NCBI GenBank assembly: GCA_963761305.1
Contig: CAVXGK010000002.1
Coordinates: forward strand, 2,656,001 to 2,720,000
DNA from: an uncultured Gemmatimonadaceae bacterium
GTDB taxonomy: Bacteria; Gemmatimonadota; Gemmatimonadetes; Gemmatimonadales; Gemmatimonadaceae
Direction: 5' to 3'
Length of the DNA: 64,000 nucleotides
This document shows positions 38,784 to 47,160 of this stretch, piece by piece; within the stretch, counting starts at the first letter, position 1; the number at the start of each line of letters is the position of its first letter. The notes below the pieces were generated by a model. The model was not told where the DNA came from, made no database searches, and saw only the letters and a program-made list of their open reading frames with translations. The translations under genes and the position numbers were made by a program.

Positions 38784-39966
38784 CTGGCAAAAAGTTCTTC
38801 ACGCAGGCGTGGATTCGCTCGACGCACTCGCCGAGCGATTCGGGAGCGACGTCATCGACGTCGAAGCCCTGAAGCCCGCCTTCGACAACTTCCAGATGCG
38901 GATCACGCCGAACTCGCTGGCGTCGATCCAGGAAGTCGGCGACCCGATGTGGCAACAGTACGTGCCCACGGTGGCGGAGCTCGACGTCGTCGACGGCGTC
39001 ATCGACTCCCTGGATGAAGACGGGGATTCGCCGGTTCCCAACATCACGCACCGCTATCCGGACCGCGTGCTGTTCCTGGTGAGCCCGGTCTGCGCGACCT
39101 ACTGCCGGTTCTGCACGCGGCGGCGAAAGGTCGGCGACCCCGAGAAGATCCCGCTCAACCAGTACGAGTCAGCGTTCGAATACATCCGCGCGCACCCCGA
39201 GATCCGAGACGTGATCATGTCGGGCGGCGACCCGATGATGTTGTCCGATCGGCGGCTCGAGTACCTGTTCCAGAAGCTGCGCGAGATCCCGCACGTCGAG
39301 ATCATCCGCATCGGCAGCCGGATCACGTCACACCTGCCGCAGCGCATCACGCCCGAGTTCTGCGAGATGGTGAAGAAGTACCATCCCGTGTACATGAACA
39401 CGCACTTCAATCATCCGGCCGAGCTGACGCCCGAGACCATCGCCGCGCTCGCGCGGTTGGCGGACGCCGGCGTTCCGCTTGGCTGCCAGACGGTGCTGCT
39501 CCGCGGCGTGAACGACGATCCGCAGATCATGAAGGAGCTGATGCAGAAGCTTCTCAAGGCGCGGGTCCGGCCGTACTACATCTACATGGCCGACCAGGTG
39601 GCCGGCGGCGAGCACTTCCGCACGACGGTCGAGAAGGGTCTGGAGATCGTGAAGGCGCTGCGCGGGTGGACGTCGGGCCTCGCCGTGCCGCACTTCGTGA
39701 TCGACGCGCCGGGTGGCGGCGGCAAGGTGCCGCTCCTGCCGGAGTACGTCGAGGAGATCAACGACGACGAGGTGATTTTCCGCAACTACGCCGGCGAGCG
39801 GTACGTCTACAAGCAACCGCGCCAGCCGGCGATCGCGGCGTCGGCGTGTGGCGACGCCGCGGCGGCGCAGTCGGACATCGTGTCGATCGCGACCGGAACG
39901 AAGAAGCGGAAGCACGCGGTCAAGCGCGTCGGCAAGATCGCGAGAAAACGAAGAACGGGGACCTGA
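38776..39966 (+). CDS. kamA: KamA-family radical SAM/PLP lysine 2,3-aminomutase
   Basis: THRYPDRV, CATYCRFCTRRR, SGGDP, THFNHP, QTVLLRGVND, VRPYY, IDAPGGGGKVP (PLP lysine). Confidence 0.9.
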   Translation: MSDWQKVLHAGVDSLDALAERFGSDVIDVEALKPAFDNFQMRITPNSLASIQEVGDPMWQQYVPTVAELDVVDGVIDSLDEDGDSPVPNITHRYPDRVLFLVSPVCATYCRFCTRRRKVGDPEKIPLNQYESAFEYIRAHPEIRDVIMSGGDPMMLSDRRLEYLFQKLREIPHVEIIRIGSRITSHLPQRITPEFCEMVKKYHPVYMNTHFNHPAELTPETIAALARLADAGVPLGCQTVLLRGVNDDPQIMKELMQKLLKARVRPYYIYMADQVAGGEHFRTTVEKGLEIVKALRGWTSGLAVPHFVIDAPGGGGKVPLLPEYVEEINDDEVIFRNYAGERYVYKQPRQPAIAASACGDAAAAQSDIVSIATGTKKRKHAVKRVGKIARKRRTGT

Positions 39967-39986
39967 TCTCGATCCTCAGAGAGACG

Positions 39987-40019
39987 AACGGACCGGCGAT
40001 CGCCGGTCCGTTTTTCTTT
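39987..40019 (+). terminator. Intrinsic terminator of the ATP-grasp/KamA operon
   Basis: AACGGACCGGC-GATC-GCCGGTCCGTT followed by TTTCTTT. Confidence 0.85.
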
Positions 40020-40555
40020 AAGGCCGGACATCTGACGGGCGTTCACAGTTACTCCGGGGTAGCGACGAAGCCGACTGAAACGGAAATGCGTGCGTCCTAT
40101 GTGGGAGCACGTGCGCCTACATTGGATGTGGGTGCACAGACGCCCGTTCGGCAGAGGCGCCCCGAGGAAGTCGAAGCACGCGGGGGCGCAGTCGAGGCGT
40201 CGCTCGGTGATTCGCGTGGCGGCCGGAGCGGAGTGCGGTCGAGACAAAGGGGCGCCGGTGCTGTCCGTCGAGAAGGCCGGACGGCGACGAAGGCAGGGAG
40301 CAATCGCAAACGCGCCGTCGTGCTGGAAACAGAGGCGGGTGAGGGCGGATAGCAGGCGGCCAGTGCGCGCCTCTTCATAGGAGAGGCACTGCGACGTGGG
40401 AGCGCGCCGTGCTCGGACGGACGCCGCGCATGCTCCTTTGTAATGACGTTCGCGACGTCTCGCACATCGACGAATCACTCGAACACCCGACGCAAGTGAG
40501 CGGGCGGCGTGGGTCAGTCACCCCTCGCGAGGCAATGTGTCCCGCCGGTCGTGCA

Positions 40556-40828
40556 AAGTCGCCGGCGCTCCCGGGAAACTCAGGTGTCCGCGCTGGAAAG
40601 TCGGACGTCCGCCTTCCCAAATCGAACGTCCGCCGTCCCAAATCGAACGATCTCGAGGGATTGGCGGGTGAACGCCGGCGAAAGCTCGATGGCGCCGCGG
40701 AGAGATACAGCGCCCGCAGTCCGAAGTCGCGTGTCTCGAGGCGAAGGTTCGCCGCTGCCCGTCGTAACCAAACGGACTTCCAACCGAAGTCCGGCGTCCG
40801 AACACGGAATTCCGATGAGCGCCGGTTC
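40556..40828. repeat. Degenerate 21-bp tandem array (about 13 units)
   Basis: Core units AAGTCGGACGTCCGCCTTCCC / AAATCGAACGTCCGCCGTCCC / AAATCGAACG. In-frame translation gives heptads KSPALPG NSGVRAG KSDVRLP KSNVRRP...KSRVSRR...KSGVRTR NSDERRF. Confidence 0.7.
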
Positions 40829-41045
40829 AACCGTGTTGAACTCGAGGAATTCAGACCCGTCTTCCGTCGTTACTGAGCTACGCGCGTTCGGAAGTCACGC
40901 GACTGCGATCTCATCTCCGACCAGCTTCTTCCCAAGTCGTCGATGGCTCAGCGACAGTCGCGTGGGCGGTGATGGCGGGCGCGATGACGTTCGGGCGAGT
41001 CGTCGAACGCGGTGGCGCCCCGGAGAATCCGACAACGAGGCCCAC

Positions 41046-41082
41046 AAAGACAACGGGCCGGCTCATCGCCGACCCGCTGTCT
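41046..41082 (-). terminator. Terminator downstream of the EF-G paralogue
   Basis: Minus strand AGACAGCGGGTCGGC-GATGA-GCCGGCCCGTTGTCT-TT; fully paired only on this strand, using G-U pairs. Confidence 0.6.
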
Positions 41083-41102
41083 CTTCGTCACCCGACCACC
41101 CG

Positions 41103-43211
41103 CTAGTGCGCGGTCGCCAACTCCTCGTCCTTCTCCTTCGCCGACTCCTCGATGATCTTCTGCTGCGTCTCGTGCGGCGCTTCCTCGTATCCCTTGAAGC
41201 GCCGCTTGAACGAGGCGCGCCCCTGCGTCATCGACGAGACCGCACTCGAATAGCCGAACAGCTCGGCCTGGGGGACGATCGCGCGAATCCTCGTGGCGCC
41301 GTCGGCCGGCTCCGTGCCGAGAATGTGTCCGCGTCGCGACGACAGGTCGCCGAGCACATCCCCCATGTAGTCGTCTGGCGTCTCGATCTCCAACTCGTCG
41401 AGTGGCTCGAGCAACGTCGGTTTGCATTTGACGGCGACCGCCTTGAACGCCTGGATGCCCGCCATCTTGAACGACATTTCGTTCGAGTCGACGGTGTGGT
41501 ACGAACCATCGAACACCTCGGCCTGGAAGTCGACCAGCGGGTATCCTGCGAGGATACCGCGCACCGCGGCTTCCTGAATTCCACGGTCCACGGCCGGGAT
41601 GTACTGCCGCGGAATCGAGCCGCCGACGATCTCGTCAACGAACTGATAGCCGGCGCCACGCGGGAGCGGCGCGAACCTCACCCAGCAGTCGCCGAACTGG
41701 CCACGGCCGCCGGACTGTTTCTTGTGACGGCCCTGCCCCTCGGCTTTGCCTTTGAGCGTTTCGCGATAGGCGATGCGCGGCTTGGACAGCTCCGCCGTCA
41801 CGCCGAATTTCCGCTTGAGCTTCGACATCCCGACCTCGAGATGCCGCTCGCCGAGGCCCGACACGATCGTCTCGTGCGTCTCGGCGTTGTAGTGCACCTC
41901 GAACGTCGGGTCTTCGTCGTGCAGCCGATGGACACCGGCTTGGAGCTTTTCCTCGTCGGCGCGGTTCGCGGCATGCACGGCCATCTGGATGGCGCCTTCG
42001 GGAAACGCGATGAGCGGCAGACGCACCGGATGCTGGCGCGTCGACAGCGTGTCGTTCGTGTGCGTGTTGCGCAGCTTCGCCACGCAGCCGATGTCGCCGG
42101 CGTGGAGCGACTGGATCTCGATGCGCTCCTTCCCCTGCGCGACGGACAGGTGGTTGAGCTTTTCCAGACCGCTGCGCGTGGCGTTGTACAGCTCGTCGCC
42201 GTTGTGGATCGTGCCGGCGAAGAGCCGGAAGAACGTCACGTCGCCGACGTGCGGTTCGGACATCGTCTTGAACACGTGCGCGACCGGCGACGCCGTGTCC
42301 GTCGCGTGGATCTCCACCGTCGCGTCGCCCTCGGCGCCCGTGAACGCGTGCAGCTCTTCCATCTCGAACGCGTTCGGCATCAGCTCGACGATCGTCGAGA
42401 GGATGGCCTGCATGCCGTAGTTCAACTCGCTGGAGACGACGAAAAGGGGAAAGAGCTCCATCTTCTTCATCGCTTCCTTCATCGCGGCGATCGCTTCGTC
42501 ACGCGAGATCTCGGCCCCCTCGAGGTAGTGCTCGAGGAGCGTGTCGTCGGTGGCGGAGATGGATTCGATCAGCTCCGCGTAGTAGCGATCGAACAACTCC
42601 TTGGATTCGTCGGGAATCTCGGTCTCTTCGTACTCCCCGGTCTTGACGCCCTTCTTGTACTGGTGCGCCTTCTTGGTGAAGAGGTTGACGACGCCGTGGA
42701 AGCTGTGCGCCTGGCCGACGGGCACCTCGACCGGAATGACTTTGTTCGAGAGGCGCGTCTTGATCTGTTGATAGATGCGATCGAAGTCCGCGTGCTCCTT
42801 GTCCATCATCGAGACGACGAACAGCACCGGGTCGCGCCGCGCGACCGCTTCGCGGAACATCTTTTCGGTGCCGACCTCGACGCCCGCCGTCGCGGAGACG
42901 ACGACCAGCGCGCCGTCGGCGGCGGCGAGCCCCGCGACCGCATCGCCGTGGAAGTCGAGATATCCTGGCGTGTCGATGAGGTTGATCTTGTTGTCCTGCC
43001 ATTCGGCGAAGGCCGGACCCAGGTTGATCGAGTACCCGCGCTCGATCTCTTCCGCGGCGTGATCGGTGAGGGCGGTGCCGTCCTTCACCGATCCGTGCCG
43101 CTTGGAGCTTCCTGATACGAAGGCGAGCGCATCGACCAGACTGGTCTTGCCGCTCGCCCCGTGTCCCACCACCGCGATGTTGCGGATCTCCGACCCTTTG
43201 TATTCCCTCAT
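41103..43211 (-). CDS. fusA: Elongation factor G paralogue (EF-G2-like)
   Basis: IRNIAVVGHGASGKTSL, DTPG, HKKQSGGRGQFG, DGSYHTVDS, LLEP. Not in an rpsL-rpsG-tuf context. Confidence 0.92.
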   Translation of the reverse strand: MREYKGSEIRNIAVVGHGASGKTSLVDALAFVSGSSKRHGSVKDGTALTDHAAEEIERGYSINLGPAFAEWQDNKINLIDTPGYLDFHGDAVAGLAAADGALVVVSATAGVEVGTEKMFREAVARRDPVLFVVSMMDKEHADFDRIYQQIKTRLSNKVIPVEVPVGQAHSFHGVVNLFTKKAHQYKKGVKTGEYEETEIPDESKELFDRYYAELIESISATDDTLLEHYLEGAEISRDEAIAAMKEAMKKMELFPLFVVSSELNYGMQAILSTIVELMPNAFEMEELHAFTGAEGDATVEIHATDTASPVAHVFKTMSEPHVGDVTFFRLFAGTIHNGDELYNATRSGLEKLNHLSVAQGKERIEIQSLHAGDIGCVAKLRNTHTNDTLSTRQHPVRLPLIAFPEGAIQMAVHAANRADEEKLQAGVHRLHDEDPTFEVHYNAETHETIVSGLGERHLEVGMSKLKRKFGVTAELSKPRIAYRETLKGKAEGQGRHKKQSGGRGQFGDCWVRFAPLPRGAGYQFVDEIVGGSIPRQYIPAVDRGIQEAAVRGILAGYPLVDFQAEVFDGSYHTVDSNEMSFKMAGIQAFKAVAVKCKPTLLEPLDELEIETPDDYMGDVLGDLSSRRGHILGTEPADGATRIRAIVPQAELFGYSSAVSSMTQGRASFKRRFKGYEEAPHETQQKIIEESAKEKDEELATAH

Positions 43212-43247
43212 ACGCGTCGAGTCTCCTGCCCGCCGCAGCGCGGCGGG

Positions 43248-43496
43248 CTACAACAATGTTCCGATGCGCGGGGCTTCCTCCAGCCACGCTCGCAGGGCGT
43301 CGTCGCTGACCGAGTCGTCGAGCGTCGTGAGCTCAACCGCGATTGCTCGAGCCGCCTGCCGCATCTCGGTGGCGCAGTTGAAGACGAGGACTCCGCCGCT
43401 CGCGGCAGCGCTCCACAGTCTTCCAATCGCGTCGGCGAACACGCGGACGTTGGTACTCGGGCCCTGGGCGGCGCTCTTGGCGGACAGCCTGGTCAT
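43248..43496 (-). CDS. Small hypothetical protein (82 aa)
   Basis: RBS-like CAGGTG upstream; RVFADAIGRLW...DDALRAWLEEAPRIGTL; lies directly upstream of the EF-G paralogue. Confidence 0.6.
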   Translation of the reverse strand: MTRLSAKSAAQGPSTNVRVFADAIGRLWSAAASGGVLVFNCATEMRQAARAIAVELTTLDDSVSDDALRAWLEEAPRIGTLL

Positions 43497-43661
43497 TCGT
43501 GACGCACCTGTTTCCGAGAGACTGTCTCTCGGAGACCGGGCGCGTCAAGGGGGCGGTCCCCCAACGGCGCACTCAACTGTCAACTTCTGGCCTGCCGAGT
43601 CGGGCATGAACCGCCGAGATTCCGCGGTCACCCCCACCGTTCATACTTTGGGTACCCCGCA

Positions 43662-44072
43662 ATGCACCGATCGATCGGGTTGGTCGCGCTGGTTGTCCGA
43701 GACTACGACGAGGCGATCGCCTTCTATGTAGGGGTGCTCGGCTTCTCCGTGGTCGAAGACCGGCCGGTCCCCGAACAGAACAAGCGGTGGGTCGTGGTCG
43801 CTCCGCCGGGCGCGACGGAATCGCGCCTGCTGTTGGCCCGCGCCGTCGGCCCGGAGCAATCGTCGCGCATCGGCAACCAGACAGGCGGACGGGTCTTTCT
43901 CTTCCTCCGCACCGACGATTTCTGGCGCGACTTTCACGCGTACGAGGCGAACGGCGTGATATTCGTCAGGTCGCCGAAGGAAGAGAGCTATGGAACGGTG
44001 GCCGTCTTTCAGGACCTGTACGGCAACCTGTGGGACCTGGTTCAGATGAAAGCCGAGAGGTCTGACGTCTGA
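43662..44072 (+). CDS. VOC/glyoxalase family protein
   Basis: VALVVRDYDEAIAFY, KRWVVVAP, GNQTGGRVFLFL, YGTVAVFQDLYGNLWDL. Confidence 0.92.
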   Translation: MHRSIGLVALVVRDYDEAIAFYVGVLGFSVVEDRPVPEQNKRWVVVAPPGATESRLLLARAVGPEQSSRIGNQTGGRVFLFLRTDDFWRDFHAYEANGVIFVRSPKEESYGTVAVFQDLYGNLWDLVQMKAERSDV

Positions 44073-44098
44073 AGTCAGATATCTGACGTCAGATGTCT
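44061..44098. repeat. Heptamer repeat TCTGACG/TCAGATG
   Basis: tctgacg tctgaag tcagata tctgacg tcagatg tct; contains the VOC stop codon. Confidence 0.8.
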
Positions 44099-44123
44099 CC
44101 GGCGGATTCCGAGTCCGAAATGC

Positions 44124-44158
44124 GAAACGGGGGCGGCCCATTGGGCCGCCCCCGCTTC
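44124..44158. terminator. Hairpin/terminator between convergent genes
   Basis: CGGGGGCGGCCCA-T-TGGGCCGCCCCCG inverted repeat flanked by GAAA and CTTC. Confidence 0.7.
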
Positions 44159-44184
44159 ATTCTGACAAGGTAGGGTTCTCTATC

Positions 44185-44724
44185 TCAATCTCCTTCGGTC
44201 TCGAACGCCAGCGCGTCTGCCAATCGCAGGCGTTCAATCATGGACTCGAGCGGCGTGAACACCGGTCCTGTGACTCCAACGATCGGCCCGATCGAGATAC
44301 TGATCGCCCGTCGGGCGCCTTCCGGCCAATCCGGCATCGACAACCCTGCCACCAACCGCCGGATCAACTGACCGCATTCCGCCAACAACTGCCTTGCTGT
44401 CGAGTGGAGCGTCTCCAGTGGAATCTCGAGATCGCTCGTCACGAGTCTCCCCGAAGGGTCCCTCCACGCCGCATCTCCTACTGCTCCCCGCTCAGGCCAC
44501 ACGCCGAGATGGCGGACTGCGTCGACCTGTCCATCGCTCGTTCGGTGCGACTCGACTGCTGCCGCGAGAGCCAGCGCAAGCGACTCCGGATTTGGTTCCC
44601 CGTACAGCGTCACGATGTCCCGGGACGGCCGTTCAGACGAATGCAACGGCGACGGAACGGAATTCACGTGCGCCAATACCGGCGAGTGATCGGGGTTCTC
44701 CTCGAGCATTACGAGGATGTCCAT
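44185..44724 (-). CDS. Hypothetical protein
   Basis: Strong RBS AGGAGG before ATG at 44724; 179-aa ORF with no motif I recognise. Confidence 0.55.
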   Translation of the reverse strand: MDILVMLEENPDHSPVLAHVNSVPSPLHSSERPSRDIVTLYGEPNPESLALALAAAVESHRTSDGQVDAVRHLGVWPERGAVGDAAWRDPSGRLVTSDLEIPLETLHSTARQLLAECGQLIRRLVAGLSMPDWPEGARRAISISIGPIVGVTGPVFTPLESMIERLRLADALAFETEGD

Positions 44725-44918
44725 TTCCCCCTCCTGGTATTGGTACTTCGGATACTGCGCAACTGCCCCGCTGTCCTGCCCTTCCACCGCGCTCTCCTCC
44801 CTTCTCCCTATGGCTCGAAACGTTGCCGAGTTTCAAACGAGGCCATCGGGCGCTTCACGAAATCCAACCCGATTCACGATCCAATGTTCCTTCTACAACT
44901 GCCTCGTACCACTGGTGG

Positions 44919-45419
44919 TCACATTCGCGTTTCGCCATGCGACGATTCGTGCATTGCGCCTGAATCCGGAACGTTCTGCGACGGCGCGACAGACAGCCAA
45001 ACTCCCACCGCGCACGACGCCGCGATCACCACCGCCAGCACGATTCGATCGCCCAACGCCAACACCGAGGCGAGTCCGTGGCCCGTCGACGTCGCGACCA
45101 CCCACGACAGCGCAAACTCGGCAATGCCTACGGCGAGGCCGGCGCTCGCCAACCGCCAACCACGTGTGACCAAGAACACAAAAGCCACGGCCCACATGAA
45201 GCTCAGCAAGACGTGGCAAACGAAACCGACCAACACCAACGCCGTCGTCTCGCTTGAACTAGTAGCATGAGCAAGCGTCGCGCCGATGGCGGCAAACGGT
45301 AGACGGATGCTCCCGAGGCGACGCCCCATGGCGATGAGCGCGCCGGTCGACGCCGACGCGACGATGCCACCCGCTACGACCACGGGCGCGACGCCACGGC
45401 GGGACACGGATTTCGGCAT
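44919..45419 (-). CDS. Hypothetical integral membrane protein
   Basis: Four hydrophobic segments; GFVCHVLLSFMWAVAF pattern. Confidence 0.6.
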   Translation of the reverse strand: MPKSVSRRGVAPVVVAGGIVASASTGALIAMGRRLGSIRLPFAAIGATLAHATSSSETTALVLVGFVCHVLLSFMWAVAFVFLVTRGWRLASAGLAVGIAEFALSWVVATSTGHGLASVLALGDRIVLAVVIAASCAVGVWLSVAPSQNVPDSGAMHESSHGETRM

Positions 45420-45524
45420 CGCGTGCGGGTCGGTCACACCCAAAGCAAATGATGCCCCCTCGCCGACTCAAGTGCCCGCGAAACGCTTGCTCCCGCCAAG
45501 CACCGCGCTGATCTTAGCCGAACG

Positions 45525-46232
45525 ATGCCGGGCTCGGCTCCGCGCCAATCGATTCTGATCATCGAGGACAACTCACGCCTCGTCGCCATGCTCGACCGCG
45601 CCCTGCGCGAGCAGGGTTACGGCGTGCGCTCGGCGCGCGACGGCGACGCAGGCCTGGTCAGCGCTCTCGACAACGAACCCGACCTCGTCATCCTCGACGT
45701 CGGTCTTCCGCGGCGAAACGGCTTTGACGTGGTCCGCGAGCTCCGCCGCGGCGGACTTCGCACCCCGACACTCATGCTCACCGCGAGGCGCGAGGTCGCT
45801 GACCGCGTGACCGGCCTCGAGGCGGGGGCCGACGACTACCTCGTCAAACCGTTCGACGTGGACGAGCTGGTCGCACGCGTACGAGCCCTGCTGCGCCGCG
45901 CGGCGACGCCGGAGCGCTCTCCGATTCTCGGCGTCGGCGACCTCGTTCTCGACCCCGTGGCCCGCACGGCTCGCCGCGGCGACCGCCAGCTGGCGCTGAC
46001 GCAGCGTGAGTTCGACTTGCTCGAATGCTTCATGCGGCATCCGGGCGAAGCGCTCGGACGCAACGCGATCGCACGCTACGTGTGGCACGAGATCGTCGAC
46101 GGCGGCGACAGCAACATCGTCGACGTGTACGTCGCCTACCTTCGCCGAAAGCTCGACGCCGAAGAGGAGACGCCGATGCTGCACACGCTGCGCGGCGTGG
46201 GCTACATGCTGCGCGCTCCGTCCGAAGACTGA
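45525..46232 (+). CDS. OmpR/PhoB-family DNA-binding response regulator
   Basis: ILIIED, ILDVGLP, LTAR, GADDYLVKPF, LTQREFDLL, VDVYVAYLRRK, TLRGVGY. Confidence 0.95.
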   Translation: MPGSAPRQSILIIEDNSRLVAMLDRALREQGYGVRSARDGDAGLVSALDNEPDLVILDVGLPRRNGFDVVRELRRGGLRTPTLMLTARREVADRVTGLEAGADDYLVKPFDVDELVARVRALLRRAATPERSPILGVGDLVLDPVARTARRGDRQLALTQREFDLLECFMRHPGEALGRNAIARYVWHEIVDGGDSNIVDVYVAYLRRKLDAEEETPMLHTLRGVGYMLRAPSED

Positions 46233-46268
46233 CGATCGTCGATACGACTCGCTGCGAGGACGTTCGAA

Positions 46269-46307
46269 AAGACGACGGCCCCGGCGAGATGCCGGGGCCG
46301 TCGTCTT
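46269..46307. terminator. Bidirectional terminator hairpin between convergent genes
   Basis: Perfect 17-bp stem AAGACGACGGCCCCGGC / GCCGGGGCCGTCGTCTT with 5-nt loop. Confidence 0.8.
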
Positions 46308-46329
46308 GTGTCGTCAACCGTCGGTCAGA

Positions 46330-47061
46330 TCAATGTCCGCCGCCGCCGTCGACAACCGGACCGCCGTCGTCGACGCAATCGGGATCATCGGGCGATGGAT
46401 CGCAGGGAAGTCCGCTGTAGACGTTGTAGCCGCTGAAGTGCTTGATGCGGCGCCACACGAGCCCGGTCGACAGATTCACGTGCGTCACGAGACTCGGATC
46501 GCGGCCGGCGTCCGTCTGTCCCGCGCCGCCGAGCGACGGCTCGTAGTAAATGCCGAGGAAGTGCAACGCCCCGGGGTTCGCCGCGAAGAAGTTCGAGAAC
46601 GTCGTGAGCGACAGCGCGTACGCGCTCGTCGAGATCGTGACGTTCGTGTTCGGATTGAATCGCAGAGCCGGCGAAAAATCCACCGAAAAACCGGAGCTCG
46701 TGAATCCGTAGGTCGCGGTGATCGTCACCGACTGACCGTCGGCGAGCGTCGCACACGGATCATCCCACGTGCCGGGGCCGTAGCTGCTCGCGGCCGGATC
46801 GCAGATCGAGTTCGCCGGGAAATTTAGAGAATACAAAGCGCCGACGGCGAACGAACCGCCAGCGGGCGTCACGGTGAACGAGGTCGATCGAAGGCCGCTG
46901 AAGAGCGCGCCAGAATTCCAATCGAGCGAGGGCGTACCGTTCGCCGGGGCGCGCCGGACTTCTGTTCCGCTCGGCGCAAGAGTCGATTCGCCGCAGCTCA
47001 TCGACAAGACTGCCAACATCGCCGCTCCGACAACAGGGAGGGCACTCGAAAAGCGCCGCAT
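46330..47061 (-). CDS. Hypothetical lipoprotein
   Basis: LAVLSMSC lipobox; beta-rich sequence; FPANSICDP...SYG..TWDDPC, VDFSPALRF, RRIKHFSGY. Confidence 0.7.
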   Translation of the reverse strand: MRRFSSALPVVGAAMLAVLSMSCGESTLAPSGTEVRRAPANGTPSLDWNSGALFSGLRSTSFTVTPAGGSFAVGALYSLNFPANSICDPAASSYGPGTWDDPCATLADGQSVTITATYGFTSSGFSVDFSPALRFNPNTNVTISTSAYALSLTTFSNFFAANPGALHFLGIYYEPSLGGAGQTDAGRDPSLVTHVNLSTGLVWRRIKHFSGYNVYSGLPCDPSPDDPDCVDDGGPVVDGGGGH

Positions 47062-47160
47062 GATTCACCAGCCATTTCTAAAGAACAACCAGCAAACACG
47101 TCCGTCGGCGGAGCGTAGATCGAAGCTAAGCTCGCTCCCACGGTTGTGCTAGCGTCAACT

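Noticed and set aside
38776..39966. EpmB (EF-P beta-lysylation) assignment
   Set aside because: Motifs are KamA-type (IDAPGGGGKVP) and no efp or epmA is adjacent.
40160..40200. GAGGAAGTCG resembling the RNase P RNA 5' motif
   Set aside because: It does not match GAGGAAAGTCC, and I found no downstream AGAACCCGGCTTA-type partner.
40556..40828. Possible CRISPR array
   Set aside because: Units are contiguous and degenerate with no repeat-spacer alternation, and there are no cas genes in the window.
45525..46232. Orphan response regulator as a novel system
   Set aside because: It is a fully canonical OmpR-type protein, and orphan regulators are common.
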